From Octopus bimaculoides (Eukaryota): a DNA stretch of 63,842 nt. How positions within the stretch are numbered: the first letter of the stretch is position 1; each line of letters starts with the position of its first letter. The DNA lies in NCBI RefSeq assembly GCF_001194135.2, contig NC_068988.1, forward strand, positions 53,660,851-53,724,692, given 5' to 3'. Of the stretch, positions 25,110 through 37,179 are shown one piece after another. Position numbers and translations under genes: made by a program. The notes beneath the pieces were generated by a model. The model saw nothing but the letters and a program-made list of their open reading frames with translations. It was not told where the DNA came from and ran no database searches.

Positions 25110-25621
25110 ATTCGTCTCTGTTCAGATCTCTTAGAGACTGTTCCGTGTACCACACAGCAGCAGCAGTTCCAGCGACTACATCAACAGCTTCGTCCAGCTA
25201 CGACTACCACCGACGTCGCCATCAGCAACACGAGTCTATGACTACTAACCAGCATCATCGCCACCAGCATTCGCCAACATAGTCAACGCGACTTTAACTA
25301 TGAACTACAAGATTCGCCAATATCATCAACATGATTTCTACGTACACCACTAACCAAACTACCACGGCACATCTCTCTCTTCGATTCTGTTAGGTGTTTC
25401 AGCTTCACCACGATTAATAATAGACAAGAGTTCAGCCAGCGACGAAGATCTGTATAACAAGAACCCGGCCCGGCATGGAAGCCACAACATCACAACTAGT
25501 GATCGCTCTGCCACATACATGCCTCAACTTCTTTCATGTACAGACTCTTCCTATTGTGTACTCTAAGAACTGGTATAAATGCTCACACGTGTTACTGACT
25601 TTTTTTATCTGCTGTATATAA
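25110..25621 (+). other. Candidate orphan transcribed exon (lncRNA or smORF/uORF cluster)
   Basis: Begins about 25 nt after the TATA box. CpG-rich and C/A-skewed; four short ATG ORFs (25238-25282, 25300-25353, 25331-25393, 25475-25621); possible donor TG|GTATAA at 25572/3. No homology recognised. Confidence 0.4.
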
Positions 25622-26064
25622 CGCATACACATACATGTATCACTCACACACACTCTTTTCCTTATACGACGGCCNNNNNNNNNNCACATACATGTATCAC
25701 TCACACACACTCTTTTCCTTATACGACGGCCTGTCTTTTATTATGTTTTTATATGTCACATTCACACTCACACACAGACATACATTTTAATGCCACAATA
25801 AATATTTCTGTTATTCATCTCATACGGTTGTCTTCTCTCGTCTTAATTACTGGCAATTTACGAATTCACTAATGTTATCGAAGTATAACATTTTATATAT
25901 CATCTTTGATATAATTTTTGTGTTCGAACGTGTGACGCGTTTAAATAAAAGGAGTCCCCTGTTTTTCCATTCGTCACCATTTCTCCTTTTTGGGTTCGCA
26001 CGGTCGTTCTTACATAGTCATTAGTGTTACATTACTTTCTATATTCTATAACTGTCACAATATA

Positions 26065-26215
26065 CTTTTCTAGGCCTGAAATTTTTGTGGCGAGGGGCCC
26101 AGTTGATTAGATCGACCACAGTACACAACTGGTACTTAATTTATCGACCCCGAAAGGACGAAAGGCAAATTCGACCTCGGCAGAATTTGAACTCAAAACG
26201 TAAAGACAGACGGTC
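26065..26215 (-). mobile_element. SINE family C, partial
   Basis: GGTACTTAATTTATCGACCCCGAAAGG...GAATTTGAACTC is the reverse complement of the family C body. Confidence 0.75.
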
Positions 26216-26940
26216 ATACATAATATACAAACATTTCTCATGGCACCAGTACACTGTTTACAGATGCTTGCATTTTTTATGTTTTCCGTGAATTTTTCAC
26301 GGGTCCAGCTAGTGTATTTATAATTTTACCAATTTAACAAAGTGAACTGAAAGCAATAGGGTTCTTCGTCCTTCAAAATTGACCAAGGAATACCCTGAGA
26401 AAGGTCAAAAGGTCAGCACATTCGCATCAATCTCTGAGTGCAAAAAGGCTAAAACAATGAGTTGAAGATTTCTTTGACAATGCGGAAATATGTGGATTCG
26501 ATTTCGAATTTTAGCTTAGTTATTCTGTAGCTATTCGCTGCATCCCTATATCTAATCAATCGTCATGCTTCTAATATCAGTAACAGAAGACAAAAATAAA
26601 AAATAAAAATACTGTCAAAAACGAAACTTGCCGAATAGACAGAAAACCTGTTTAATCAGCTTGCCTTTTCGTGCTCAAATAAAAATTTAAACAATCTTAA
26701 TTTTATCAAACATGGAAAAAAAATTCCCCAATTAGAAATACAATAAAACAATGATTGGCCCGTGAGAAATATATAACCAACAATGTTATTGTTCACAAAA
26801 ACCTGACAAAAGTGTTGAAAGAAAAATTAAATGAGAAAATTAGGGAAAGAAAAATGGGAATCGACATTTGCATTATCTTTTTACTATTCAATTATGTGAC
26901 GCGACTGAATAAAACTGTCAATGAAAACATCGTCTAATCT

Positions 26941-27066
26941 GTTGTCTCCTGACGTCACTTCCTTAACAACGAGAGCGAGCAGTCAATACAAAAGGGAAAA
27001 CGCTGAATGAACTATGACACAACATCTATAGCAACGACTTTGGTACTTCCGTTACTAACAAGCAAC
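26941..27066 (+). promoter_or_regulatory. Putative CFAP53 proximal promoter with CRE and RFX X-box-like sites
   Basis: TGACGTCA 26950-26957; CTATAGCAAC 27026-27035 and GTTACTAACAAGCAAC 27051-27066 resemble X-box halves; CpG-rich; 150-270 bp upstream of the ATG. Confidence 0.5.
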
Positions 27067-27212
27067 CCCAACACAACACACAACTTGACCCCCGTATCAC
27101 AATATAGATATCTTCACTAACTAAAGAAAGCGTCAGAAAAACACAGAAACGTACACAAAGCAGCGAAACGTGCATGCGCACATACATAAATATTAATATA
27201 TAAAATTCGAAA

Positions 27213-27311
27213 ATGTTGGCGAGTACGATGAAAATGCTTGAACCTGTCCAACCGGTACGAAAGCCAAGGTGCAGGGTAGTTCGTGGAACCCACCCTAATA
27301 CTTTCGGACAT
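27213..27311 (+). CDS. CFAP53: Cilia- and flagella-associated protein 53, exon 1
   Basis: MLASTMKMLEPVQPVRKPRCRVVRGTHPNTFGH resembles the CFAP53 N-terminal R...REVxGPxP segment. Perfect donor CAT|GTAAGT, phase 0, matching the exon 2 acceptor. Start could be at 27213, 27228 or 27234. Confidence 0.8.
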
Positions 27312-27569
27312 GTAAGTTACTGATCTCAAATGTTTATTTATAATGATATGTAAATGTATGAGACGGTGATGGTAGTGAGAATCGTACAATATTATCAACT
27401 TCTATACGACCGTCTCTGCTAACAAAGTTTGTTACAGAACTTTTTTACATTGACGAAATCCGCAGATATTTTGTACAAATTTTCCTACATTACTTATTTT
27501 TCTTCAGTTCCGTCACATCTTCGCTCAGTGATGTGTGTGTGTGTTTGCGCGCGTGAGAGAAATAGGGCG

Positions 27570-27572
27570 AGT

Positions 27573-27623
<51 letters not shown>
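27570..27623. repeat. (GA)n microsatellite in CFAP53 intron 1
   Basis: Dinucleotide tract. Confidence 0.95.
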
Positions 27624-27625
<2 letters not shown>

Positions 27626-28547
27626 GGTTGCTTTTCTTCTATGCTAAACACACTCGGTAGTGCGTTCGGTCAAAATACCTGGCCATATGTAGTTACTGCA
27701 CTGCCTTTTACGTTTCTGAGTTCAAATCCTTTCGTGCTTATGGAGTGAGACATGGAGCCTTTGGGTTGGATCGGGCATCCAACAATGTTCAGTCCGCCTC
27801 TTTCCTTGGTACAATCTTGTATGAAAACGTTTAGTATTATCTTTAAATTTTAAAATATTCTGTAACATAATATATTGCCAACATTCGTTCAGAGTCAAGA
27901 GCCCTACTAGAGCCATGATAAATAACGATCCCAATGAATCTAATATATGCATCATGGGGAATCCTGTTCTTCCAGTCAGGGAAAAAAATAGCTTATGAAT
28001 CCATATACTAAAAGACGTGACCGATTTCTTCCTTATGATAAGCCAAATGGAACTTTTTTCCTTTCGAATTTACGCTGGTATTTGCCCCATCGAAGGCAAG
28101 ATAAAGGTACGATATTAGAAGGTTTAGCAGCTGAAACAGTCTAAGCTTTCCATCAAGTATTTGTCTTCCCAATAACTATGCATTTATTTGGGCAAGTTCT
28201 ATCTGCAAGCAATAATAAGCCTATCCTTCTACTTAATAGCATATCAGTTATAATAGAGAAATTCTTGATTCTTGCGATTATCTCCCCTTCTCATTTGGTG
28301 CAGGTCTTAATTGCCATTTCATAATTATGATACATCCTCTGGAGATGAAGATACTGTTAGTTAATCAAGACTTTATTTTGTCAGCATTTGATACCATAGA
28401 CTCAAGAACAGGGGATGCAAGTGCCCCATTCCCCAATTTTTTGGCAGAGATGAAAATAGTTTGAACATCCTAGGTTGGATCTAGGTTTGCACACATTAAG
28501 CAAATTTCATTCCCACACTTGTGTTTGATATATTTGTATTTCTCAAT

Positions 28548-28598
<51 letters not shown>

Positions 28599-29419
28599 CA
28601 TAGATACATATATNNNNNNNNNNNNNNNNNNNNNNNNNNNNNNNNNNNNNNNNNNNNNNNNNNNNNNNNNNNNNNNNNNNNNNNNNNNNNNNNNNNNNNN
28701 NNNNNNNNNNNNNNNNNNNNNNNNNNNNNNNNNNNNNNNNNNNNNNNNNNNNNNNNNNNNNNNNNNNNNNNNNNNNNNNNNNNNNNNNNNNNNNNNNNNN
28801 NNNNNNNNNNNNNNNNNNNNNNNNNNNNNNNNNNNNNNNNNNNNNNNNNNNNNNNNNNNNNNNNNNNNNNNNNNNNNNNNNNNNNNNNNNNNNNNNNNNN
28901 NNNNNNNNNNNNNNNNNNNNNNNNNNNNNNNNNNNNNNNNNNNNNNNNNNNNNNNNNNNNNNNNNNNNNNNNNNNNNNNNNNNNNNNNNNNNNNNNNNNN
29001 NNNNNNNNNNNNNNNNNNNNNNNNNNNNNNNNNNNNNNNNNNNNNNNNNNNNNNNNNNNNNNNNNNNNNNNNNNNNNNNNNNNNNNNNNNNNNNNNNNNN
29101 NNNNNNNNNNNNNNNNNNNNNNNNNNNNNNNNNNNNNNNNNNNNNNNNNNNNNNNNNNNNNNNNNNNNNNNNNNNNNNNNNNNNNNNNNNNNNNNNNNNN
29201 NNNNNNNNNNNNNNNNNNNNNNNNNNNNNNNNNNNNNNNNNNNNNNNNNNNNNNNNNNNNNNNNNNNNNNNNNNNNNNNNNNNNNNNNNNNNNNNNNNNN
29301 NNNNNNNNNNNNNNNNNNNNNNNNNNNNNNNNNNNNNNNNNNNNNNNNNNNNNNNNNNNNNNNNNNNNNNNNNNNNNNNNNNNNNNNNNNNNNNNNNNNN
29401 NNNNNNNNNNNNNNNNNNN

Positions 29420-29474
<55 letters not shown>

Positions 29475-29479
29475 ATATG

Positions 29480-29518
<39 letters not shown>

Positions 29519-29532
29519 GTACATATATATGT

Positions 29533-29815
29533 ATGGTGCATGGCTTAGTGGTTAGGGTGTTGCACTCATGATTGTGAGATTGTGGGTTCAATTCCCAAAC
29601 TGGACGTTGTGTTGTGTTCTTGAGCAAAGCACTTCATTTCACATTGCTCAGTGATCATTTCATCATCTGACACATAGTGCACCTGTACAGGTAATGTCAA
29701 TTTGATAGAGGGAGTGAGCTTATGTGTACACAAACATTTGATTACTATAAAGAAATCATATGTGTGTTTGTTCGGCAAGAAATCGCCAAACCCTCGTATG
29801 TCGTCTAACGACAGG
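29533..29815 (+). mobile_element. SINE family D
   Basis: TGGCTTAGTGG A-box, GGTTCAATTCC B-box; matches 14567-14830. Confidence 0.75.
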
Positions 29816-29916
29816 AGAGTTTGTGATTTGTATATATAAAAAATAATAATTGATGTTAGTCAGTTATTGTTGATCAAGATTTCTCCATTTTCTGCTTAAT
29901 TTGATTACTGATAAAC

Positions 29917-30091
29917 TCATGCTGGAGCACCGCCTTTAGTCAAACAAATCAACCCCAGGACTTATTCTTTGTAAGCCTAGTACTTATTCTATTGGTCTCT
30001 TTTGCCGAACTGCGAAGTTATGGGGACGTAAACACACCAGCATCGGTTGTCAAGTGATGTTGGGGGGACAAACACAAACATATACACACAC

Positions 30092-30126
<35 letters not shown>

Positions 30127-30150
30127 CAACGGGCTTCTTACCACACAGCC
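29917..30150 (-). mobile_element. SINE family A, partial
   Basis: Reverse complement of the family A 3' half plus microsatellite. Confidence 0.8.
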
Positions 30151-30552
30151 ATAAAAAAAGTTTTGATGTTTTTGCATTTTTGTGAACCTAAGTAAATGAA
30201 AAAGTTCCAACTAGAAATTATCACCGTGTAGTTATTGGATTCAGTTTACCAAAGTCTTAAAGCAGAAATATAGGACTTATTTTGCATGTTTAAAATGAAT
30301 TTTTTTCATTTTTGTTTTATTTCTTTCTTTTTCTCTTTTACAAAAGTAGTAAGCTCTTGGTGGAAGACGTAACTCTCACCTTTGTATTAAGCAACTTTAT
30401 GGTATGAGGGATAACTGGGACTAGGTCAGTGGATTTGATCCATTGTAGATTTGCACAATAAACACTTCACTTCTGTTGTAGATTCTACAGCAACAAAAAC
30501 TTCATTTATGAAAAGAGAATAAGTTCTCTCTTATATTGTTTGTTCCACACAG

Positions 30553-30785
30553 GTTGCAAGAAGAACAGCTACTAAACCAGGCTACCAACTATATCAAGAA
30601 TCTGTAATAAGATACCGACAGTATGCTGAATCCAAAGAAGAAGACACATTTAAACAGACATTAATTTCCAACCACATTACCTGGGAAGACATAACAGAAA
30701 AGAAAATGGTGGCTTCTGCTGTGAAAAGAAAAGTGCATTGTAAATTTGAAGAGGAAGAGAAGCAACTAGAAGAAAGGCAACTGAG
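30553..30785 (+). CDS. CFAP53: CFAP53 exon 2
   Basis: Acceptor CACAG|G; open frame VARRTATKPGYQLYQES...WEDITEKKMVASAVKRKV...LEERQL; donor AG|GTAAT, phase 2. Not in the ORF track. Confidence 0.88.
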
Positions 30786-31524
30786 GTAATAACTGGTTAA
30801 TGTTATTTATGATTTCCTATTCCCTGTTGTATTACTGCCTGGTCTTTCTGTTTCTGACCTGAACACATTCAGCATAAAATATTCATAAGTAACCTTTTTG
30901 AATTGTTTAGTCAAATGAGGAAGAACAATACTTATGATCCTATTTAGGGCAGATAAGAAACCTGGTTTGAATGCTTGCAACAGAGTGGACTCTATCAAAG
31001 AAACCAAAGGGCCAAATAGTGGAGTTTAACTGGGTGGCAGGTTAAGTTTGCCATGAGATCAGTCCCTCTGGTAGGATTCCTCACAGATTCTATCTACCAA
31101 AATTTCACACATAAGGTTTTGATTGACCCAAGGCTATGGTAGAAGACACTTGTCCAAGGTGCCACACTCTGGGACTGAACCTGAAACTATGAAGTTGTGA
31201 AACGAATTTTTTAGCAACATAGCCATCTACCTCTCTACCCATTAACCCCAGCCTTTATTCATTCATTCATTCTGTCATTTAGTCATTAAGTCATTCACAC
31301 TTCAAATCCTTCATTCTTTTAGTTGTTTGGTTAGTCAGTCAATCTGTTATTTATTCAACTCCCTTTCATGTATTTAATCAGTCATTCATTCTGTCAGTCA
31401 TCCATTCAGTTGTTTATTCTGTCATTCATCCTGTTATACAATCCTTTATTCAATTATTCAGTTATTCTCTCCTTTTTTTCATTCACTCATTCTTTATGGC
31501 TATTTTGCACAATTCCTACTACAG

Positions 31525-31698
31525 GTTGAAAAAGTTATTATCAGATGAAGAAAATGCACTATTTAATGAGATTGAATCAGTTCCCCTAACTATGGAACAG
31601 CAAAAGGAATCAATGCGTCAAAGAGCAAAACAATTAAGAGAAAAGAGAGAGGAAGAAAGACAAAAATTAGTCCAAGAAAAACTGGATCAAAAGTTTCG
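31525..31698 (+). CDS. CFAP53: CFAP53 exon 3
   Basis: TACAG|G acceptor; LKKLLSDEENALFNE...MRQRAKQLREKREEERQKLVQEKLDQKFR matches the CFAP53 LRELL..EE...MRE....KE..E.ER...V.EKLDQ.FR pattern; donor CG|GTAAG, phase 2. Confidence 0.93.
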
Positions 31699-32684
31699 GT
31701 AAGATTCTTTTGTCTAATTAGATATCGTCTTATGGTAAGTAAATTTAGAGACCACATGGTTAGTAAGCCTGCCACACCAAGTCTTGGTGGTAAAGGTGTA
31801 GAGAGAGTTTAATAACTTATTGCATAGTAACTTCATTAATTCAATCCCATTTGATACCTGTCTTAGACAGCTCTGCAATTACTCTTCTGTTTGTAACCCA
31901 CCCAAAACTACAAGTACTAAATTAAAATTAAAATAGAAATGCTGACTGAAGCCCTGTTATTAATAGGATCCTGATGTTGTTATATGGTCTAAAGTCAATC
32001 TTAATCAGGCAAAGGCATTCAGGCTGTGATCTAGCTATCTTTTATTAAGTGTATGCAGGACTTCATTATCTAATTTGTTCTTTCTTTATTTCAGATGTAA
32101 TTTGAAAGAGATTTGGTTACAATTTCTATCAAGTTGAGCGACCACATAGCTTCCTTGTTGGTGCATTGTTTTTATTATGAGATTTCAGTTGGTAAAAGTG
32201 TAACCATACTGATAAGTTTTATCCCAAACTCTAATTTAATATGAATGATAAAATAAGAAATATTGCTGTGTCTGATGTGAGAAGTGGATTTTGATATTTT
32301 AAACAGGGTTCTCTTTAAATTTGCCAAACCATAACTAATTTCCTCAAACTCATCAGACAATGATGACAATGATGATGATGATACCTTGTGATGAAAGATA
32401 TAAAAATAAATGGTGTTTGAGCTGATGAAAAAATCCAAAAATCCTAACAGTTTTCTATTGTATTGAATGTAATTTGACATGCATATTATCATTATCCATT
32501 GCACATACTGCCTACTGCTATAACATTGCATCCATATTGCACACAGAGCATGTTCAGTTCCTGATAATTGGTCTGTAAATTTGAAACACTGAGTTCCACT
32601 GCTGGGAAACTGTCTGCTATTTTAATGAGATTCTTCAGCATGTTTTATTCTTCTCTTTACCTTTTTTCTTTCTTCTTTGACTAG

Positions 32685-32988
32685 TTCGGAATGTGACCCA
32701 CTGCGAACTGCTACCTCCAAACGACTTGTACAGGAGATTGCAGCGGAACACAGAAGGAATGCTGACAAGTTAGAAATAATGCGTAAGGAGAAACAAATGG
32801 TTGACGACATTTTTAGAGAAATGAGCCAGAAGGAATATCAGAAAATGCTTGAGAAAGAAGAGAAAGAAAACAAGGAGAGGAAGACCAGGAATGAAGAAGT
32901 AGCTAATGTACTTCGAGAACAAATGGCTGAATTGGAAGAGAACAAGTGCAGAGAAGAAAAGTTAAAAGAAGAAGAACTTAAACTGCTC
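32685..32988 (+). CDS. CFAP53: CFAP53 exon 4
   Basis: CTAG|T acceptor completes Arg; SECDPLR...EEELKLL coiled coil; donor CTC|GTAAAA, phase 0. Confidence 0.9.
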
Positions 32989-33369
32989 GTAAAAATGCTT
33001 CTTTATTTTTTGCTAAATAAAGTTGGAAATAAAAGTATGTGTGTATGTTTATGTTAGTATATCTGTATATTTCTATATGTGTAGTTATCTATCTGTGTGT
33101 TTGTGTATATCTAGTTGTGTGTGCGTGTTTGCATATATATATATGTGTTTGTGTCTCTACCTGTTTTCTTTGTATATGTTTATGTGTCTATGCATACATA
33201 CCTGTGTTTGTGTGAGCAGGTGATCAATTTAAATCAGTCTAAAGCTTTCAACAAACTCAACCATTGCTTCCATTAAGATATGTTCTTTAAAAGTCTCAAA
33301 GACTTAGCAGAGACGCTTTGCAATGCCAATTATTGCTGCTTTCTGGATATGCCCTATTTTCATTTTTAT

Positions 33370-34165
33370 GCCTATCTTTCAGAATCAATAAAATAAATAC
33401 CAGTTGCACCCTCCCCTGAAGTTGTTGACCTTGTGCCAAAATTTGAAACCATCATCATTATCATTATTAAAATGGTGAAGGCAGCGAGCTGTCAGAATTG
33501 TTAGCACACCAGGTGAAATGCTTGGCAGTATTTTGTCTGCCACTATGTTTCGAGTTCAAATTCCATCAAAGTCGACTTTGCCTTTCATCCTTTTGGGGCT
33601 GATAAATTAAGTACCAGGGAAACACTGGAGTCGATGTAATCGACTACTCTCTTCCCACCAAATTTCAGGCCTTGTGCCTGTAGAAGAAAAGATTATTATT
33701 AAAAAGCTGTTAAGCAGAACCGTTAGCACTGGGTGGAATGCTTAATGGTATTTCGTCTGTCGTTATGTTCTGAGCTCAAATTCTGCCAAAGTTGACTTAG
33801 CTTTTCATTCTTTAGGAGTTGATAAATTAAGTATCAGTGAAACACTGGGGAGGAGGGTGGGTTGTCGATGTAATAGACTAGTCCCCTCCCCACAAATTTC
33901 AGGCCTTGTGCCTATAGTAGAATGGGTTATTATTATTAGTAAAGCGGTGAGCTGCCAGAATCTTTAGCATGCCAGACAAACTGACTAGCAGCATATTTTT
34001 TCTGTCTTTACTTTCTGAGTTTAAATTCTGTTGAGATTAACTTTGCCTTTCATCCTTACATGGCTGATGAAATAAGCCCCAGTTGAGTGTTGAGGTTGAT
34101 GTAATCAACTTACCCACTTCCCCCAAATTGCTGGCCTTTTGCTAAAATTTGAAACCATTATTATT
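33370..34165 (+). mobile_element. Head-to-tail cluster of SINE family C (3 copies plus a 3' fragment) in CFAP53 intron 4
   Basis: Repeated head/B-box/body units separated by (ATT)n. Confidence 0.85.
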
Positions 34166-34849
34166 TTTTTTATTAACCCATATTAACCCACTGTTTTCAT
34201 TTGAGGACAGTTGTATTTGGTTTACAATGTGTGCTTTTCAAGAACATTTATTCAGTTGCTGTCTAAATATTGCAATGTTAACACCTGGTTCCCTTTTGTC
34301 ACTGTTTTGGTTTATCCCATTCAGATCTAGACACTAAACTATTGACAAGCTTGTGGCTTGTCTAACTGAACACACTATGGGATTTCTACCTCATCTCACT
34401 AGCACTTCAAAACTCATTGGATATTTTAGATATGCAGCCAAGTACCGAAGCTAACTACCTTGATGTGTATTAAGGAATTAACTCAAGTCTCCTATACTCT
34501 GTTGTCTTGTATGCTTATCTCTGTTATGCCGGCTACTTCATGAGTGAGCAAGGAATAGATTATGTTTGTTAATCAAAAACATTGCTTTCTGGTATTTATC
34601 TTTACCTTTTTGTAAAACATGAATTTATACATTTCAAACCATCTTACGTGCACACATCCAAATATACTTCCTAAACTGGTAAAGTCCAACTCTTAATTTA
34701 CCTCTTGTTACAAAATCATGCCGAAACAGACATTGGAGCTTGGTGCAGTCTTCTCTGGCTTGCTACCTCCTGTTGAACTGTCCAACACAGACAATAAATG
34801 GGTGGTGGGGGCAACAATGATGACAATAAAAATGACGATGGTGATGACG

Positions 34850-34909
<60 letters not shown>

Positions 34910-34985
34910 ATTATTATTATTATTATTTCTTCCTGTGTGCAGACTGTTGCTTGAGACTTTTAAAAAAAATTTTTTTTACATTCAG

Positions 34986-35204
34986 AAAGAACAAGCCATT
35001 CTAGATGAAATGAAAGAGAAAAGAAGCCTTGAAGAAAAAAGGCGTTTACAGAAAGAGACAAGAAACATATTTGAAAAGTCGATTAAAGAGAAACTGCAGA
35101 GAAAAGCTGAAGATGAACAAGAGGAACTTGAATATGATATTAAAGCACTGCAAGCTCTTCTGGAAAAATGTGGAGAAGAGGATCGACAAAAACAACAAAG
35201 AAAA
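34986..35204 (+). CDS. CFAP53: CFAP53 exon 5
   Basis: TTCAG|A acceptor, phase 0; KEQAILDE...ETRNIFEKSIKEK...EQEELEYDIK...KQQRK; donor AAA|GTTCGT. Confidence 0.9.
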
Positions 35205-35490
35205 GTTCGTAGCTATATTATGTTTTGTTATTCTTTTATTCTTTTACTTGTTTCAGGCAGTTGACTGTGGTCATGCTGGAACACTGCCTTGAAGGGTTTT
35301 AGGCGAAGAAATTGAGCCCACAACTTATGTTTTGTAAGCCCAGTACTATTTCTATTGATCTCTTTTGCTGAACTACTAGTTTACAGGGATGTAAACACAC
35401 CAACACTAGTTGTCAATGGTATTGTGGGGGGGGGGGACAAATACAGACACAAAAACACACACATAGATATATACATATACATATATATAT

Positions 35491-36032
35491 TGAAGTTATG
35501 AGAGGTAATGGTGTCAAGAAGACCCTAAGGTGTCAGGTAATGCTGAGTAAGTGCTAGGGACAGACTATAGTTAAGCTCCAGGTTTCGGTGATTATGCAAA
35601 TGAGGAGTCCAATGTAGATCATATATCAGCATGCATATATATAAAAAAATTAACAGAATGAGATAAAAATCCAAGGCTGTGAAAGATTTCAAAACATTTA
35701 TAAATAGGTCTTACAGCTGTTTCCGGGATATTTTATATATGCCTTCATCGGAGATGGTGTGAGAGAATGGTTAAGCAATAGTTATTCTAGAGAAGATATG
35801 AAATAGAGAGTGAAGTGGAGGAATGAAAATAGATGTGAGATATGCAGGGATATTGTATCTGCAGTTCCATTATTTAGGCAGAATGGTATACGTATAAGAT
35901 TCCTGTACCTTGCGAGTAAGTTCCAATAGTATTTAAAATTGGTCATTCCAAGCATAGAGTTTGTAAACGGTGTTATTGAATTGAGGGGTTTTTTTGAAGT
36001 GACTTAAAAGTTGGGAATGTGTTTTTGTAAGC
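35491..36032 (-). mobile_element. Putative Penelope-like 3' fragment (GIY-YIG C-terminal remnant + terminal hammerhead motif)
   Basis: Frameshifted KLYAWND / KYYWNLLARY / PFCL residues resemble the post-GIY-YIG tail of PLEs; followed by a hammerhead-like core. Confidence 0.5.
35709..35754 (-). ncRNA. Minimal type I hammerhead-ribozyme-like motif
   Basis: Minus strand reads TCT-CCGATGA-AGGCATAT-ATAAA-ATATCCCG-GAAAC-AGCT-GTA-AGA: 3-bp stem I, CYGAUGA box, stem II, GAAA box, 2-bp stem III with palindromic loop, GUA cleavage triplet. Confidence 0.5.
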
Positions 36033-36902
36033 TCATACACGATGGGCTTCTTTCAGTTTCCGTCTACTAAATCCATTCACAAGGCTTTGGTTGGCCCCAG
36101 GCTATAGTAGAAGACACTTGCCCAAGATGCCATGAGTGGGACTGAATCCGGAACCATGTGGTTGGGAAGCAAACTTCTTACCAGACAGCCAAGCCTGCTG
36201 TTGTTTATCTTCAGATCAGTCTGATCGATCTTTTTGAGACCACCTCTGGTTCTATGATATAAACTTCCTGTTTTCAAGTGATCTAAATTTAAATCTTCAG
36301 CTAAAATATCATATCAATTTATGTTTCAAATACTAGCTTAATAATGACAAAGTTATTTTGATAAATTCCACATTATTTTAAAAATCAGTTAAAACAAAGC
36401 AGTTGTTTTTCAATAGAAATACGGTAACAAAGGGGTTATGGCATTTCAGCCTTAACAATCCCATATTTTTGTATATATGGAATAACATCTAGTTTCTCTT
36501 TATTTCTTAGAGATTTTACAATCTGTTTTGAGGGAAATTGGTTGCTATTTCTAGCAGGTCAAACAACAAACAGTCTGCAGGCTCCTCTGTTTTGTTTTTT
36601 TATCATTATGTAGTTTTGGTTTCTTTTGTAAACAAAGTCTTTAATAAAGGCAAAATTTAATTCCAAGAAAGGGAGGCAGGACAATTCTCATAACTGTGGG
36701 ACCCTGTTTGACTGAAGAAATTAATGTGGCTGATATTCAGCAGAAACTTCTGTAGGTTGACAAAAGAAGGCATTATGGATGTGTGCAGTTCCTGGAAACT
36801 TCTATCAGCCCATTCCATATCAAAAACATTTAAAACCCTTTTTCCGGTTCCTTTTTTCTTCTCCCCTTAGACCCTCTAAACTTCATTCTCCATGACTTTT
36901 AA

Positions 36903-37119
36903 CCCTTTAGTATTTAAACCAGCCATATCCAGCCAAAATATTGTCTGCTTCATGTTCAAACTGGCCAGATCTGACCTCTCACACCTACTCTACAATGTCA
37001 TTCTAAAATAAACAATCACATCATCAAAATCTTGAAACTATAAGATGATTTATGATTAATTCAAAACAACATGAATAAATACACATTACATTTGACAAAG
37101 TAATTTGAATAGTAAAGGG
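36903..37119 (+). mobile_element. piggyBac-like MITE (217 bp)
   Basis: TTAA|CCCTTTAGTATT...AATAGTAAAGGG|TTAA: TIRs with TTAA target duplication; four copies in the window. Confidence 0.85.
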
Positions 37120-37179
37120 TTAAACCATTATATTCTGTTAGCCTTTACAATGAGTTTTCCAACCCAAAAAATATTTCCT

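Larger units (their letters stand above)
35222..36200 (-). mobile_element. SINE family A split by an insertion in its internal microsatellite
   Basis: 3' half at 35222-35490 and 5' half at 36033-36200, both on the minus strand and contiguous relative to the consensus. Confidence 0.75.

Noticed and set aside
25238-25621. Possible tarsal-less/mille-pattes polycistronic peptide gene
   Set aside because: None of the small ORFs has the LDPTGxY motif; kept only as an unassigned smORF cluster.
25627-25730. ~46-bp direct repeat either side of a 10-N gap
   Set aside because: Typical overlap of contig ends at a scaffold join, not biological.
27995-28080. ATG-initiated short ORF as CFAP53 exon 1
   Set aside because: No phase-0 donor and no CFAP53 similarity; 27213-27311 fits much better.
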